DNA of 64,000 nucleotides from a virus (lineage: Duplodnaviria > Caudoviricetes): the IMG/VR virus record IMGVR_UViG_3300025849_003344; one strand, given 5' to 3'. The notes below the pieces were generated by a model. That model saw only the letters and a program-made list of their open reading frames with translations. It made no database searches and had not been told where the DNA came from. Below, one piece after another: positions 18,013 through 26,004 of the stretch. The position numbers and the translations under genes are program-made. Numbering within the stretch: position 1 is the stretch's first letter; each line of letters starts with the position of its first letter.

Positions 18013-18601
18013 AACGTTTTTCCAAATCTGAGAATAATCTCATAGCGTATTCGAAGCATGAAATAGCATCATCGCCCATAGACTTATCTAATAGAGTTCT
18101 AAATTCTTTTATAAGCTCCGGACGATTTTCAAATATATATGTGCTTTGATATACTTCAGGACATTCTTCCCATAGCTTTACGTCAGTTTCGGAATTAACT
18201 GCGGCTTCACAATATGGTTCTGGTAGATTCTTTCTAATAATCTGACCACCATACATATCGCCAAAGTGCCTAACGTACATATGTGCAATGACTTCAGCTT
18301 CTGATGCATATGATATATAGTCTATATAATCTAGTGTAGCAGGTTCTAAACCAATATCATGTTCATAATAAGCTAAATCTCCGCTCATCGCAAGTGTGCG
18401 TCTTATACCATAAAAAATAGGATACTTTTTGAAAAAACCTAATTCGAAAGCTCTATTTTCTAATGCAGAATAAATTTGCAATTGATTATAAAGATATTGA
18501 CCATATTGGTTTCTTGTCATATTACCAGAAACTAATAATTTAGACCACTTCATTTCTTCTGCTTCTTTATGTATTGAAGCAGTCAACAGTTTTAAAGACA
18601 T
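18002..18601 (-). CDS. hemO: Heme oxygenase
   Basis: LTASIHKEAE (proximal His), IYSALE and AHMYVRHFGDMYGGQ motifs. Start moved to ATG 18601 (GGAG ribosome-binding site). Confidence 0.88.
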   Translation of the reverse strand: MSLKLLTASIHKEAEEMKWSKLLVSGNMTRNQYGQYLYNQLQIYSALENRAFELGFFKKYPIFYGIRRTLAMSGDLAYYEHDIGLEPATLDYIDYISYASEAEVIAHMYVRHFGDMYGGQIIRKNLPEPYCEAAVNSETDVKLWEECPEVYQSTYIFENRPELIKEFRTLLDKSMGDDAISCFEYAMRLFSDLEKRFGL

Positions 18602-18633
18602 AAATAACTCCATAATGTTATATAATAGATTGG

Positions 18634-18641
18634 TATTTATA
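18634..18641 (-). promoter_or_regulatory. Late promoter TATAAATA upstream of hemO-pcyX
   Basis: Exact motif in the intergenic region, 32 nt upstream of the hemO ATG. Confidence 0.7.
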
Positions 18642-18643
18642 CT

Positions 18644-19564
18644 ATGATTCATGTGATAGGCGATCTCATCATCGATGAGTACTGGTATGGAGATACATCA
18701 CGTATCTCACCAGAAGCCCCTGTACCAATAGTAGAATTAAATAGTAAAAAGATTTCATTGGGTGGTGCTGGTAATGTATATATGAATATACGTGGCATGA
18801 CCAATCAAGTTACACTAGATGCTTATTATAGCAAAGATTTTCAGTACATATTCGATGATATTGCTGTGACTGGTAATCTATTATCAATAGAAAGCATGCC
18901 ACATAAGCTCCGCATCTTCTCTGGTTCACATTATGTATCGAGAATTGACGCAGAAAAAAGAATAGAAAATAACGATGTACAAGATAAATTCTTTGTACCA
19001 AATCAATATGACGTAGTTGTACTATCCGATTATAATAAGGGAACTGTAAAAGATCCTCAGAAAATTATTAAAAAATCGAAAAGAACTATAGTCGATCCAA
19101 AGGTTTCATTAAACAGATATAGAGGCGCTTTTATATTAAAGCCAAATCTTAAAGAATTCGAAGACTATGTAGGTAAAACATTAACTCCTAAGCAGTTAAT
19201 GTCAGAAGCACAGCGAGTAAGAAATGAACTTGATATTCATCATTTCATTGTCACTCTTGGTGCAGATGGTGTACTATATGTTGGAGATACCATTGAACAC
19301 TATGCGGCTACCGCACAAGAGGTGTTTGATGTTACAGGTGCTGGAGATACTTTTACCGCTGCGTTAGCTTTCGGTATATATAATAATCTGCCAGTTCAAG
19401 ATGCCGTGATTATAGCAAATAAAATGTCGGGGTTAGCAGTAGCCACTTCAGGAACATATGCTATACAACAAAATCATTTTAATGAAGCGATGGATGAAAT
19501 CAATGAATATATTAATAACAGGCCACAAGGGCTTTATCGGGAAGAATCTTTGGCTTTACTTTAA
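18644..19564 (+). CDS. rfaE1: Heptose-7-phosphate kinase (HldE N-terminal domain / RfaE1, PfkB family)
   Basis: VIGDLIIDEY.YG...RISPEAPVP, GGAGNV, SDYNKG, VDPK, PNLKEF and DVTGAGDTF motifs. Confidence 0.92.
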   Translation: MIHVIGDLIIDEYWYGDTSRISPEAPVPIVELNSKKISLGGAGNVYMNIRGMTNQVTLDAYYSKDFQYIFDDIAVTGNLLSIESMPHKLRIFSGSHYVSRIDAEKRIENNDVQDKFFVPNQYDVVVLSDYNKGTVKDPQKIIKKSKRTIVDPKVSLNRYRGAFILKPNLKEFEDYVGKTLTPKQLMSEAQRVRNELDIHHFIVTLGADGVLYVGDTIEHYAATAQEVFDVTGAGDTFTAALAFGIYNNLPVQDAVIIANKMSGLAVATSGTYAIQQNHFNEAMDEINEYINNRPQGLYREESLALL

Positions 19565-20330
19565 AAGTAAGGGTCATAATGTAGAAGGTTGGGAGTATGG
19601 AGATACGCCTGAACTTCTATTGCATAAAGGTATAGATTTAGTAATTCACTGCGGTGCTATTAGTAGCACTACAGAAACCAATGCTGAAAAGCTTATGGAA
19701 ATGAATTATGAATTTACTACTGATCTAATTGTTAAATGTCTTGAGATGAATATTGACATTCAATACGCATCATCAGCATCTGTATATGGCAATAGTAAAA
19801 CGTTTAAAGAGGGTGATGATTGTCATCCAATGAATGGTTATGCATGGAGCAAATATCTTGTCGATAGGTTTGTCGCAGAAACCTTAGCGATGGGTTCATT
19901 GCCAATTAACATTCAAGGTTTTAGATATTTTAATGCCTATGGTAAGTTCGAAGGTAATAAAGGAAATCAAGCGTCTCCTGTTACAAAGTTTAAGCTTCAA
20001 GCTGTTACTGATGAATCTATAATGTTATTTGAAAATTCTACTGAGTATAAGAGAGATTTTGTATGTGTTGACGATATATGCGAAGTGCACGAAAAAATGA
20101 TCGACGTAGATGTATCAGGAATATTTAATGTCGGTACTGGTAATGCGGTTAGTTTTGCTGCGGTTGGAGAAGCTATTGCTACCAAATATGGTGTAACTAT
20201 TAATCATATTGCTATGCCAGATCAACTTAGAGGCAGTTACCAAACATTCACTGAAGCAAACATTGATCAGCTGTCAAAACACATTGATATGAAATGGACT
20301 AACGTATTGGATTATATTAATGGCATTTAA
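19503..20330 (+). CDS. hldD: ADP-L-glycero-D-manno-heptose 6-epimerase
   Basis: TGHKGFIG, HCGAISSTTE, YASSASVYG, NGYAWSK, RYFNAYG, RDFVCVDD and YQTFTEA motifs. Start moved to ATG 19503. Confidence 0.85.
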   Translation: MNILITGHKGFIGKNLWLYFKSKGHNVEGWEYGDTPELLLHKGIDLVIHCGAISSTTETNAEKLMEMNYEFTTDLIVKCLEMNIDIQYASSASVYGNSKTFKEGDDCHPMNGYAWSKYLVDRFVAETLAMGSLPINIQGFRYFNAYGKFEGNKGNQASPVTKFKLQAVTDESIMLFENSTEYKRDFVCVDDICEVHEKMIDVDVSGIFNVGTGNAVSFAAVGEAIATKYGVTINHIAMPDQLRGSYQTFTEANIDQLSKHIDMKWTNVLDYINGI

Positions 20331-20964
20331 CATGTGGGGCGAAGAATCTTCGGCTGATATTCAGCAAGGTTCTCCTGATCAGCTATTAGATAGATCTCAA
20401 TTGAATAAGAAATATACTAAGCCACTTATTGCTATCGACCGTGATGGTGTTTTGATTGAATGTAAGGATGGAATTAAAACTAGAGATAGGTTTATCCCTA
20501 TCGAAGGTTCACTTGCGGCTGTCTCTATGATTAGGGCTAAAGGATATAAGCTAGCTGTCATCTTTGACCAACCAGGCATCTCTAGAGGTGAACTAACTAT
20601 TGATGAAGTAGAAGATATGAACAACTATATGATTGAGTTGTTCGGTGATGTTGGGTGTCCTAGTATAGATGGCGTGCTCTATAACATGTCTGATTCTAAA
20701 GATGATATGTATGCTAAGCCAAAAACAGCAATGTTAAAACGATTGCGCGATGAGTTTCGTGTTCCTATCAAAGGCGGATATTATGTTGGCGATAGGTTGG
20801 TTGATGCTAAGATGGCAGACAAAGCTAATCTTAAACCAATATTAGTTAAAACCGGCAAATACAGCGAAGATGAGAAAAAGTTTAATAGCTTTGCTAATAG
20901 ACCTCTTAAGAAGAAGACTAAAGTTTATAATAACCTATTAGACTTTGCAGAATCTTTATTATAA
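20320..20964 (+). CDS. gmhB: D,D-heptose-1,7-bisphosphate phosphatase (HAD family)
   Basis: IAIDRDGVL, DQPGISRG, KPKTAML and YVGDRLVD motifs. The usual Zn-binding cysteines are not seen. Confidence 0.8.
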   Translation: MAFNMWGEESSADIQQGSPDQLLDRSQLNKKYTKPLIAIDRDGVLIECKDGIKTRDRFIPIEGSLAAVSMIRAKGYKLAVIFDQPGISRGELTIDEVEDMNNYMIELFGDVGCPSIDGVLYNMSDSKDDMYAKPKTAMLKRLRDEFRVPIKGGYYVGDRLVDAKMADKANLKPILVKTGKYSEDEKKFNSFANRPLKKKTKVYNNLLDFAESLL

Positions 20965-21001
20965 AAAAAGTAAAAAAACGCATTTAATTGCAAATTAACT
21001 G

Positions 21002-21030
21002 TGTACAAGACTTCTCAAATGTATTATTCT
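21002..21030 (+). promoter_or_regulatory. Sigma70-like early promoter (TGTACA-N17-TATTCT), second copy
   Basis: Matches 1745-1773, including the spacer ends (agactt...atgtat) and a downstream AGAAACA. Confidence 0.7.
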
Positions 21031-21065
21031 AATTATAGAAACAAGATAACAAGAGAGAGATCAAA

Positions 21066-21335
21066 ATGAACAACTTTAAATCAGTATGGTGTGACATTGA
21101 ACTTCCAGCAACTCTTAAAGCTAACTCTCGTATAGCGTATACATTCATCAATGGTGAAGATGCAAATGGATATACATTTGCCGAAGTTTCTACATTCCTT
21201 ACTACAGCTGATCAAATTGGTGTTCAAACTGCGGTTGACTCTCTTATCGCTCAGTCAGGCGATGAGCATCATGTCTTTATTGAAGACTTAGAACTTAACA
21301 AAGACGGTTCTTTTGATGTTTGGTTGGGTTCTTAA
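21066..21335 (+). CDS. Acidic hypothetical protein (89 aa)
   Basis: Own promoter, purine-rich ribosome-binding region and a terminator downstream. Confidence 0.75.
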   Translation: MNNFKSVWCDIELPATLKANSRIAYTFINGEDANGYTFAEVSTFLTTADQIGVQTAVDSLIAQSGDEHHVFIEDLELNKDGSFDVWLGS

Positions 21336-21365
21336 AAAAAGCCGGACAAACTAATGTCCGGCTTT
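21334..21365 (-). terminator. Intrinsic terminator, probably bidirectional
   Basis: A7-GCCGGAC-N8-GTCCGGC-TTT between convergent genes. Confidence 0.8.
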
Positions 21366-21385
21366 AATTCTAAGAGGTGCATCTC

Positions 21386-23197
21386 TTAATTTGAAACTGT
21401 GATAAGCTTTCCATGCTCCGGTAAATAAAGATATTCGATATCTGATTTTTCCAAAGTATCGATAGCATGATCAATAGTTTCTACGAGAGGGTCTCCCCCC
21501 AAGTTAAAACTGGTATTAAACACGATAGGTACACCAGTCTTATCTTTGAATGCAGTAATCAAACGATGGTACAAAGGATTTTGTTCCTTAGTAACAGTCT
21601 GAATACGACATGTCCCGTCAATGTGGATGATAGCCGGAATCTTTTCTTCTATTCCTGGTTGACAATTAACCGCGTACATCATGTGCGGTGTCTCATCCAT
21701 TCCGCGTAAATCAAACCATTCGTGTACGTCTTCGGCTAGAATAGATCCAGCAAATGGTCTAAAGTACTCACGGTTCTTTACTAGGTTGACATAATCTTTA
21801 CCATCTTCAAGTGTAGGATCGAATAGAATAGATCTGTTTCCAAGCGCCCGTGGTCCATTCTCAGAACGACCTTGGAAGACAGTTACGATGTTCTTACTTG
21901 TAATAAGATCAACTATGTCTTTATCGTTAGCATCTTTCATTACAGCCGTATCACTCTTTGTTACGGCCAATGCAATATCATCAATAGTATAATTGTGATC
22001 TGGACCCAAATACAAAGTATTAAGATCTCTATTAGTTTCGTCGTCAGTGCGAGCATGCCAATACATTAGGGCTGCACCCATCGCGGTACCGGCATCATTA
22101 GAAATCGGTTCTACATAAATGTTAATCCCTTCATCTTTAAGCGCATCAAGATATGCATAGTTTGCCACACAATTAAGACCATAGCCACCAGAGATCACTA
22201 CATTCTTTGTGTCGCCCATCTCTACGGCTTTTCGGATCAGTTTAACCATTTGAGCTTGAGACTGAGTTTGAATAGCATATGCCATATCTCTTCGAGAATC
22301 AAGCTTAGTAACATCTCCATCTACGGCTTCATATTGTTCTGCATTTGCTTGCAAGAATTTATAGAATCCGTCATTCACAAATGCACCGTTAGGAACATTT
22401 GGAATAAAAAGATTTCTATCAAATACGCCAGGATGTGGTGAACGAGGATCAAACAAATTATCTAGGTCAGAGTTCTCATTACCATATGGAAATAATCCCA
22501 TAGTTTTGCCGGCTTCTATTGGTTGCCAACCACAGTATTGCGTAACAGCCTCATATGTTTTAGTGATACCACCACGGTCTGAAATCATAACTTCAAACTC
22601 GCCTTCTTCACCAAATTGCTCACCACTAAATGATGCGTCAGCACCAACTAATGGATCTCTGCAACCCAGGTGTTTGTACATGGTCTTAAAGTTTGCGGGG
22701 TAGGACGCCGTAATGATAGATTCATATTCCCATAGCGCAAGACCTTCCCCTGTATTTGGGTTTGAAACCGGGATCATTGAACCGGCACCATCAGCAATAA
22801 GTGCTACTGCTTCCTCAAATGGAGACCTATAGAATGCTACAGCAGCATGTAATTTATGGTGCTGCTGAGACATATCGATAACTTGTGGATGCGCCTGCGT
22901 CTGAATGTTTTGATCTATCAATCCAAGCTTTCTAGCAAGCCCGGTGTACACATCTTCGCCAGAAAAATCTACTTTACCAGCAGTTTCCTGAAGTGATTGA
23001 GTGTGTGCTACTACCAAATAATCAAGCTTATCGGTATAATCAAGAATTTTTACCATTCCTGCATATGGACCACCGTCATATTTTCTGCGAGAAAGCCGTT
23101 CTTCCTCAATAGAAAATACAATTTCACCGTTTTTTAGTAGACATACACCAGCATTATGCCCTCTAGCAATACCTGCAATCCAAATATCATTTTTCAT
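21386..23197 (-). CDS. O-carbamoyltransferase (NodU/CmcH/TobZ family), full length
   Basis: GHNAGVCL, EEERLSRRK, HHKLHAA, GKTMGL, SGGYGLNC, NDAGTAMG, GPRALGNRSI, REYFRPFA, DGTCRIQTV and NTSFN motifs. Start moved to ATG 23197. Confidence 0.92.
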   Translation of the reverse strand: MKNDIWIAGIARGHNAGVCLLKNGEIVFSIEEERLSRRKYDGGPYAGMVKILDYTDKLDYLVVAHTQSLQETAGKVDFSGEDVYTGLARKLGLIDQNIQTQAHPQVIDMSQQHHKLHAAVAFYRSPFEEAVALIADGAGSMIPVSNPNTGEGLALWEYESIITASYPANFKTMYKHLGCRDPLVGADASFSGEQFGEEGEFEVMISDRGGITKTYEAVTQYCGWQPIEAGKTMGLFPYGNENSDLDNLFDPRSPHPGVFDRNLFIPNVPNGAFVNDGFYKFLQANAEQYEAVDGDVTKLDSRRDMAYAIQTQSQAQMVKLIRKAVEMGDTKNVVISGGYGLNCVANYAYLDALKDEGINIYVEPISNDAGTAMGAALMYWHARTDDETNRDLNTLYLGPDHNYTIDDIALAVTKSDTAVMKDANDKDIVDLITSKNIVTVFQGRSENGPRALGNRSILFDPTLEDGKDYVNLVKNREYFRPFAGSILAEDVHEWFDLRGMDETPHMMYAVNCQPGIEEKIPAIIHIDGTCRIQTVTKEQNPLYHRLITAFKDKTGVPIVFNTSFNLGGDPLVETIDHAIDTLEKSDIEYLYLPEHGKLITVSN

Positions 23198-24149
23198 TTT
23201 TAGCACCCTTTGAAATAACCATATCAAGTTCTTTAGCAATCTCATTGATTGCGCCTTCAGATAGCATCATAATACCTTCATGTGCCATAGAAATTTCTTC
23301 TTCAAAAGAAATACGGATAGGATCATATTTACGGCGATCATGGCCAAGATCCAACACCTGAAAAATATCATTGTCTGGGTAACTTACATTTTCTTGATAT
23401 GTTGATCCTAATACAGTTACTGCCGGAGTTTTGGTTGAATATGCAAAGTGTTGTCCTACACTGTCACAGCCCAAGAAACCATTTGCAGCTTTAATTGCTG
23501 ATGCCCAAATACGTAATGGAGCACCTTCTGGTTGAGCAACGGGTTCAGTAATACCGTGCTGAGACCAATCACCTTGAAATTCAGAAAATAATACGACTGC
23601 ATATTTTTTCTGTAATTTTTTTATTAATTTAATCGTATCGTTTAATCCAAATGACCTACCACCACTATCAACTAGGTGTTGACCTTTACTACCCATAGGC
23701 TGCGTACTACGCCCATATGGTTGGAATACAATTACTTTTTCTTTTTTAGTTTTTTCACGAACTTCATCGATTATATCTTGACCTTGAATCAGTTCTGCAG
23801 CAGTTAAGTATAGAGTAGGATCTGGTAGATCACGCAAACCTTTATCATTAACCTGGATATCAAAGGCTGAAACTAGATTTGCCTTTTGATTATAGTATTC
23901 CCAAACACGATATGGTTCAGTAGTAACACAATTCCTATCTTTGATTTTATCTTGGAATAGATTTTTGTGCCAGTTATCATATGAACGGGCATGCAAAGTC
24001 GGGTGACCTTTATACATGTCCATACCGCCCTCACAGACAATGATAAAATCATCATCAGGATTTTCGGCTTCATATTTTTCGAATGCTGGGATTGAACAGA
24101 TATGTCGGCCTGCTCCACCGTTTACAAAGAACGCTGTCGATCTTGTCAT
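23187..24149 (-). CDS. GT9-like glycosyltransferase (ADP-heptose:acceptor heptosyltransferase family)
   Basis: N-terminal GGAGRHICSIPA resembles GT9 GIGD...TP. C-terminal LRIWASAIKAANGFLGCDSVGQHFAYSTKTPAVTVLGST resembles GT9 ALI..ADLFIGNDSG.MHLAAA.GTP.VALFGPT. Confidence 0.75.
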   Translation of the reverse strand: MTRSTAFFVNGGAGRHICSIPAFEKYEAENPDDDFIIVCEGGMDMYKGHPTLHARSYDNWHKNLFQDKIKDRNCVTTEPYRVWEYYNQKANLVSAFDIQVNDKGLRDLPDPTLYLTAAELIQGQDIIDEVREKTKKEKVIVFQPYGRSTQPMGSKGQHLVDSGGRSFGLNDTIKLIKKLQKKYAVVLFSEFQGDWSQHGITEPVAQPEGAPLRIWASAIKAANGFLGCDSVGQHFAYSTKTPAVTVLGSTYQENVSYPDNDIFQVLDLGHDRRKYDPIRISFEEEISMAHEGIMMLSEGAINEIAKELDMVISKGAKNEK

Positions 24150-24197
24150 TTTGCACCTCACAAGAATTAATTATAAATGAATAGTCATCATCATTAT

Positions 24198-24215
24198 ACG
24201 TTTATATATAAACGT
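24198..24215. repeat. Perfect 18-bp palindrome ACGTTTATATATAAACGT
   Basis: Read directly from the sequence; intergenic, upstream of the GT9-like gene. Confidence 0.8.
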
Positions 24216-24220
24216 TTTCA

Positions 24221-24240
24221 GAGAGCCCCGTAGGGCTCTC
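24221..24240 (-). other. GC-rich hairpin with cUACGg tetraloop and no U tract
   Basis: GAGAGCCC-TACG-GGGCTCTC on the minus strand, just after the stop of 24247..24936. Confidence 0.6.
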
Positions 24241-24246
24241 CGGTAG

Positions 24247-24936
24247 TTATCCTTCGTCAGAATCTAATGCTGCGGCAATTGCATCATTAATAACACCCTG
24301 ATCAGAATCTTCGGGTGTAAATCTAAATGTTACTTCATGCGGAAGAAAGCCACCCACAGAATACGCTGAAACTTTATTAATTGCTTCTGTTTGAATGCGT
24401 GTCCATGCTACTGTAAGATCAGAATCCGCAACAACCGCATCTTTTGCTAACCATTCTGTTGCATTTGCAGCAACATTGTTCGCTTGCCTACTAAGTAGAT
24501 TCCAATCAGTCCATGGCTGATGGAATGGATAAGGTTTCTGCCATAACCGCAATGCTGGTGAATAAGTCATAGCAGTTGCTTCATATGCCTTGTGAGGTGG
24601 CAGCGGCCACGGATATTTGTACTCCAATCCATCTGGGCCAGTTTTTGTTCTCAATGATAGATCCATTATATCAGAATCTCTCATTTCCCAAAAAATAGAA
24701 GCTTCTAAAGGTTGTGCCTCAGCGTTAACTAAAACAGCTCCATCTTCATCGCCTTCCGCAACCCACTCATCAAGAGTAATACTTTCTACACCCTCCATAA
24801 TGCCTGCAGGATTAATTTGCACCCTAAGATATGCCGGACCATGATACGTAAAGCTAACCGAGGAATCATTTGAAGCTTCTTGTAATGTATAGTCGTCTGG
24901 CACTTTAAAGCTAAACGTTTTTGTTATGTTTGCCAT
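24247..24936 (-). CDS. Hypothetical protein (229 aa), probably virion or fibre associated
   Basis: Last gene of the fibre operon; contains five DS motifs. Confidence 0.7.
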   Translation of the reverse strand: MANITKTFSFKVPDDYTLQEASNDSSVSFTYHGPAYLRVQINPAGIMEGVESITLDEWVAEGDEDGAVLVNAEAQPLEASIFWEMRDSDIMDLSLRTKTGPDGLEYKYPWPLPPHKAYEATAMTYSPALRLWQKPYPFHQPWTDWNLLSRQANNVAANATEWLAKDAVVADSDLTVAWTRIQTEAINKVSAYSVGGFLPHEVTFRFTPEDSDQGVINDAIAAALDSDEG

Positions 24937-24945
24937 TTTAGTTCC

Positions 24946-26004
24946 TTATGAATAGCTTATTTTTATAAGAGGTGGACCACCAGTAGTAGCACAACAACAA
25001 GTACCGCCACATGTCCAAGTTGAAAGACCGGGCACCCCAGGTATTGTTTGCATATTTTGACACTGTCTACCCATACTTTGCGCAATATGTTTTGTAAATA
25101 TTCCATGGATTTCCGGCATTATATTGCATTGTTTGTACATAGTGTGGCCACCGTTAATCGATGGTTTTTCTTGAAATCCAGAATTCCAATGGTTTAATCC
25201 ACCAGGATATGGAATAAAGTGTTTATCTCCACACCGACCTGCAGCTATATCATTAGTTCCACAGCAACTAAGTTGCATACACGACCACATACCCTTAGAT
25301 CCGAAATCGGCTCCATAGTAATTAGCTCTTCTGTACACATCATTAGCACTGTCTTCCATGGTTCTTTGTACTACATCTTTCATACAAATTGTTTTACAGC
25401 ATGCTACAGCAGCTGTAACAAGGGCGAACCATCGGGAATACCAATTACATCGCACAATTCCAGGAGCACCGCCTTCTGCACAGAAATTTGTAAGACCAGT
25501 ACCAATAATAAAAGCTTTAGGACCGCGCTCACCTCTATGCAAAGGTGCAGTATCAAGTGTGCCAGCAGCCTGGTCAAGCGTCTGTCCAGCAATATTGTCG
25601 TACTGTGAACAGCAAACTTTATCTAAGTCAGTATAACATGCACAATATACATCTCCAGCAGTGACAGAAACCGTTTTAATAGCATGGGCACCAGATCCGC
25701 CATGCAGACCTTGCATACAGCAATGACTGGCGGCACCGCCACCGCCACCGCCCCAAAGTTTAAATGTAGCTCTAGTTACACCTGCCGGAACTACCCATTT
25801 CCATGCTGTATAAGCCGCAACATTAGTAACCGCCCCGCCTGTAACATTACTACCCGCACTATTTACTGTTTCATATCCAGCGTATCTTCCACCACAGCTA
25901 TAATTCAATGGCCAAGTGATTTCGCTTTCTGGGGCCTCATGTGATTCAAGTGGCGATGGTTCGCCTAAGTATTGCCCTAAGAAAACCTGTAATTTTTTAG
26001 CCAT
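24946..26004 (-). CDS. Cys/Gly-rich paralog, type A (copy 2)
   Basis: W.VP.G...WGGGG.G...CC.QG..GGSGA, GLTNFCAEGG and TCGGTCCC motifs; about 22 Cys. Confidence 0.85.
   Translation of the reverse strand: MAKKLQVFLGQYLGEPSPLESHEAPESEITWPLNYSCGGRYAGYETVNSAGSNVTGGAVTNVAAYTAWKWVVPAGVTRATFKLWGGGGGGAASHCCMQGLHGGSGAHAIKTVSVTAGDVYCACYTDLDKVCCSQYDNIAGQTLDQAAGTLDTAPLHRGERGPKAFIIGTGLTNFCAEGGAPGIVRCNWYSRWFALVTAAVACCKTICMKDVVQRTMEDSANDVYRRANYYGADFGSKGMWSCMQLSCCGTNDIAAGRCGDKHFIPYPGGLNHWNSGFQEKPSINGGHTMYKQCNIMPEIHGIFTKHIAQSMGRQCQNMQTIPGVPGLSTWTCGGTCCCATTGGPPLIKISYS

Noticed and set aside
16177-18601. Cyanophage phycobilin auxiliary genes (ho1/pcyA/pebS)
   Set aside because: Cyanobacteria use the C5 pathway rather than ALA synthase, no photosynthesis genes are present in the window, and the reductase looks PcyX-like.
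1152-24161. Longest-ORF starts at 1751, 1742, 14904, 18652, 19458, 23245 and 24161
   Set aside because: The extensions overlap promoters or upstream genes. Downstream ATGs match family N-termini, and several have clear ribosome-binding sites.
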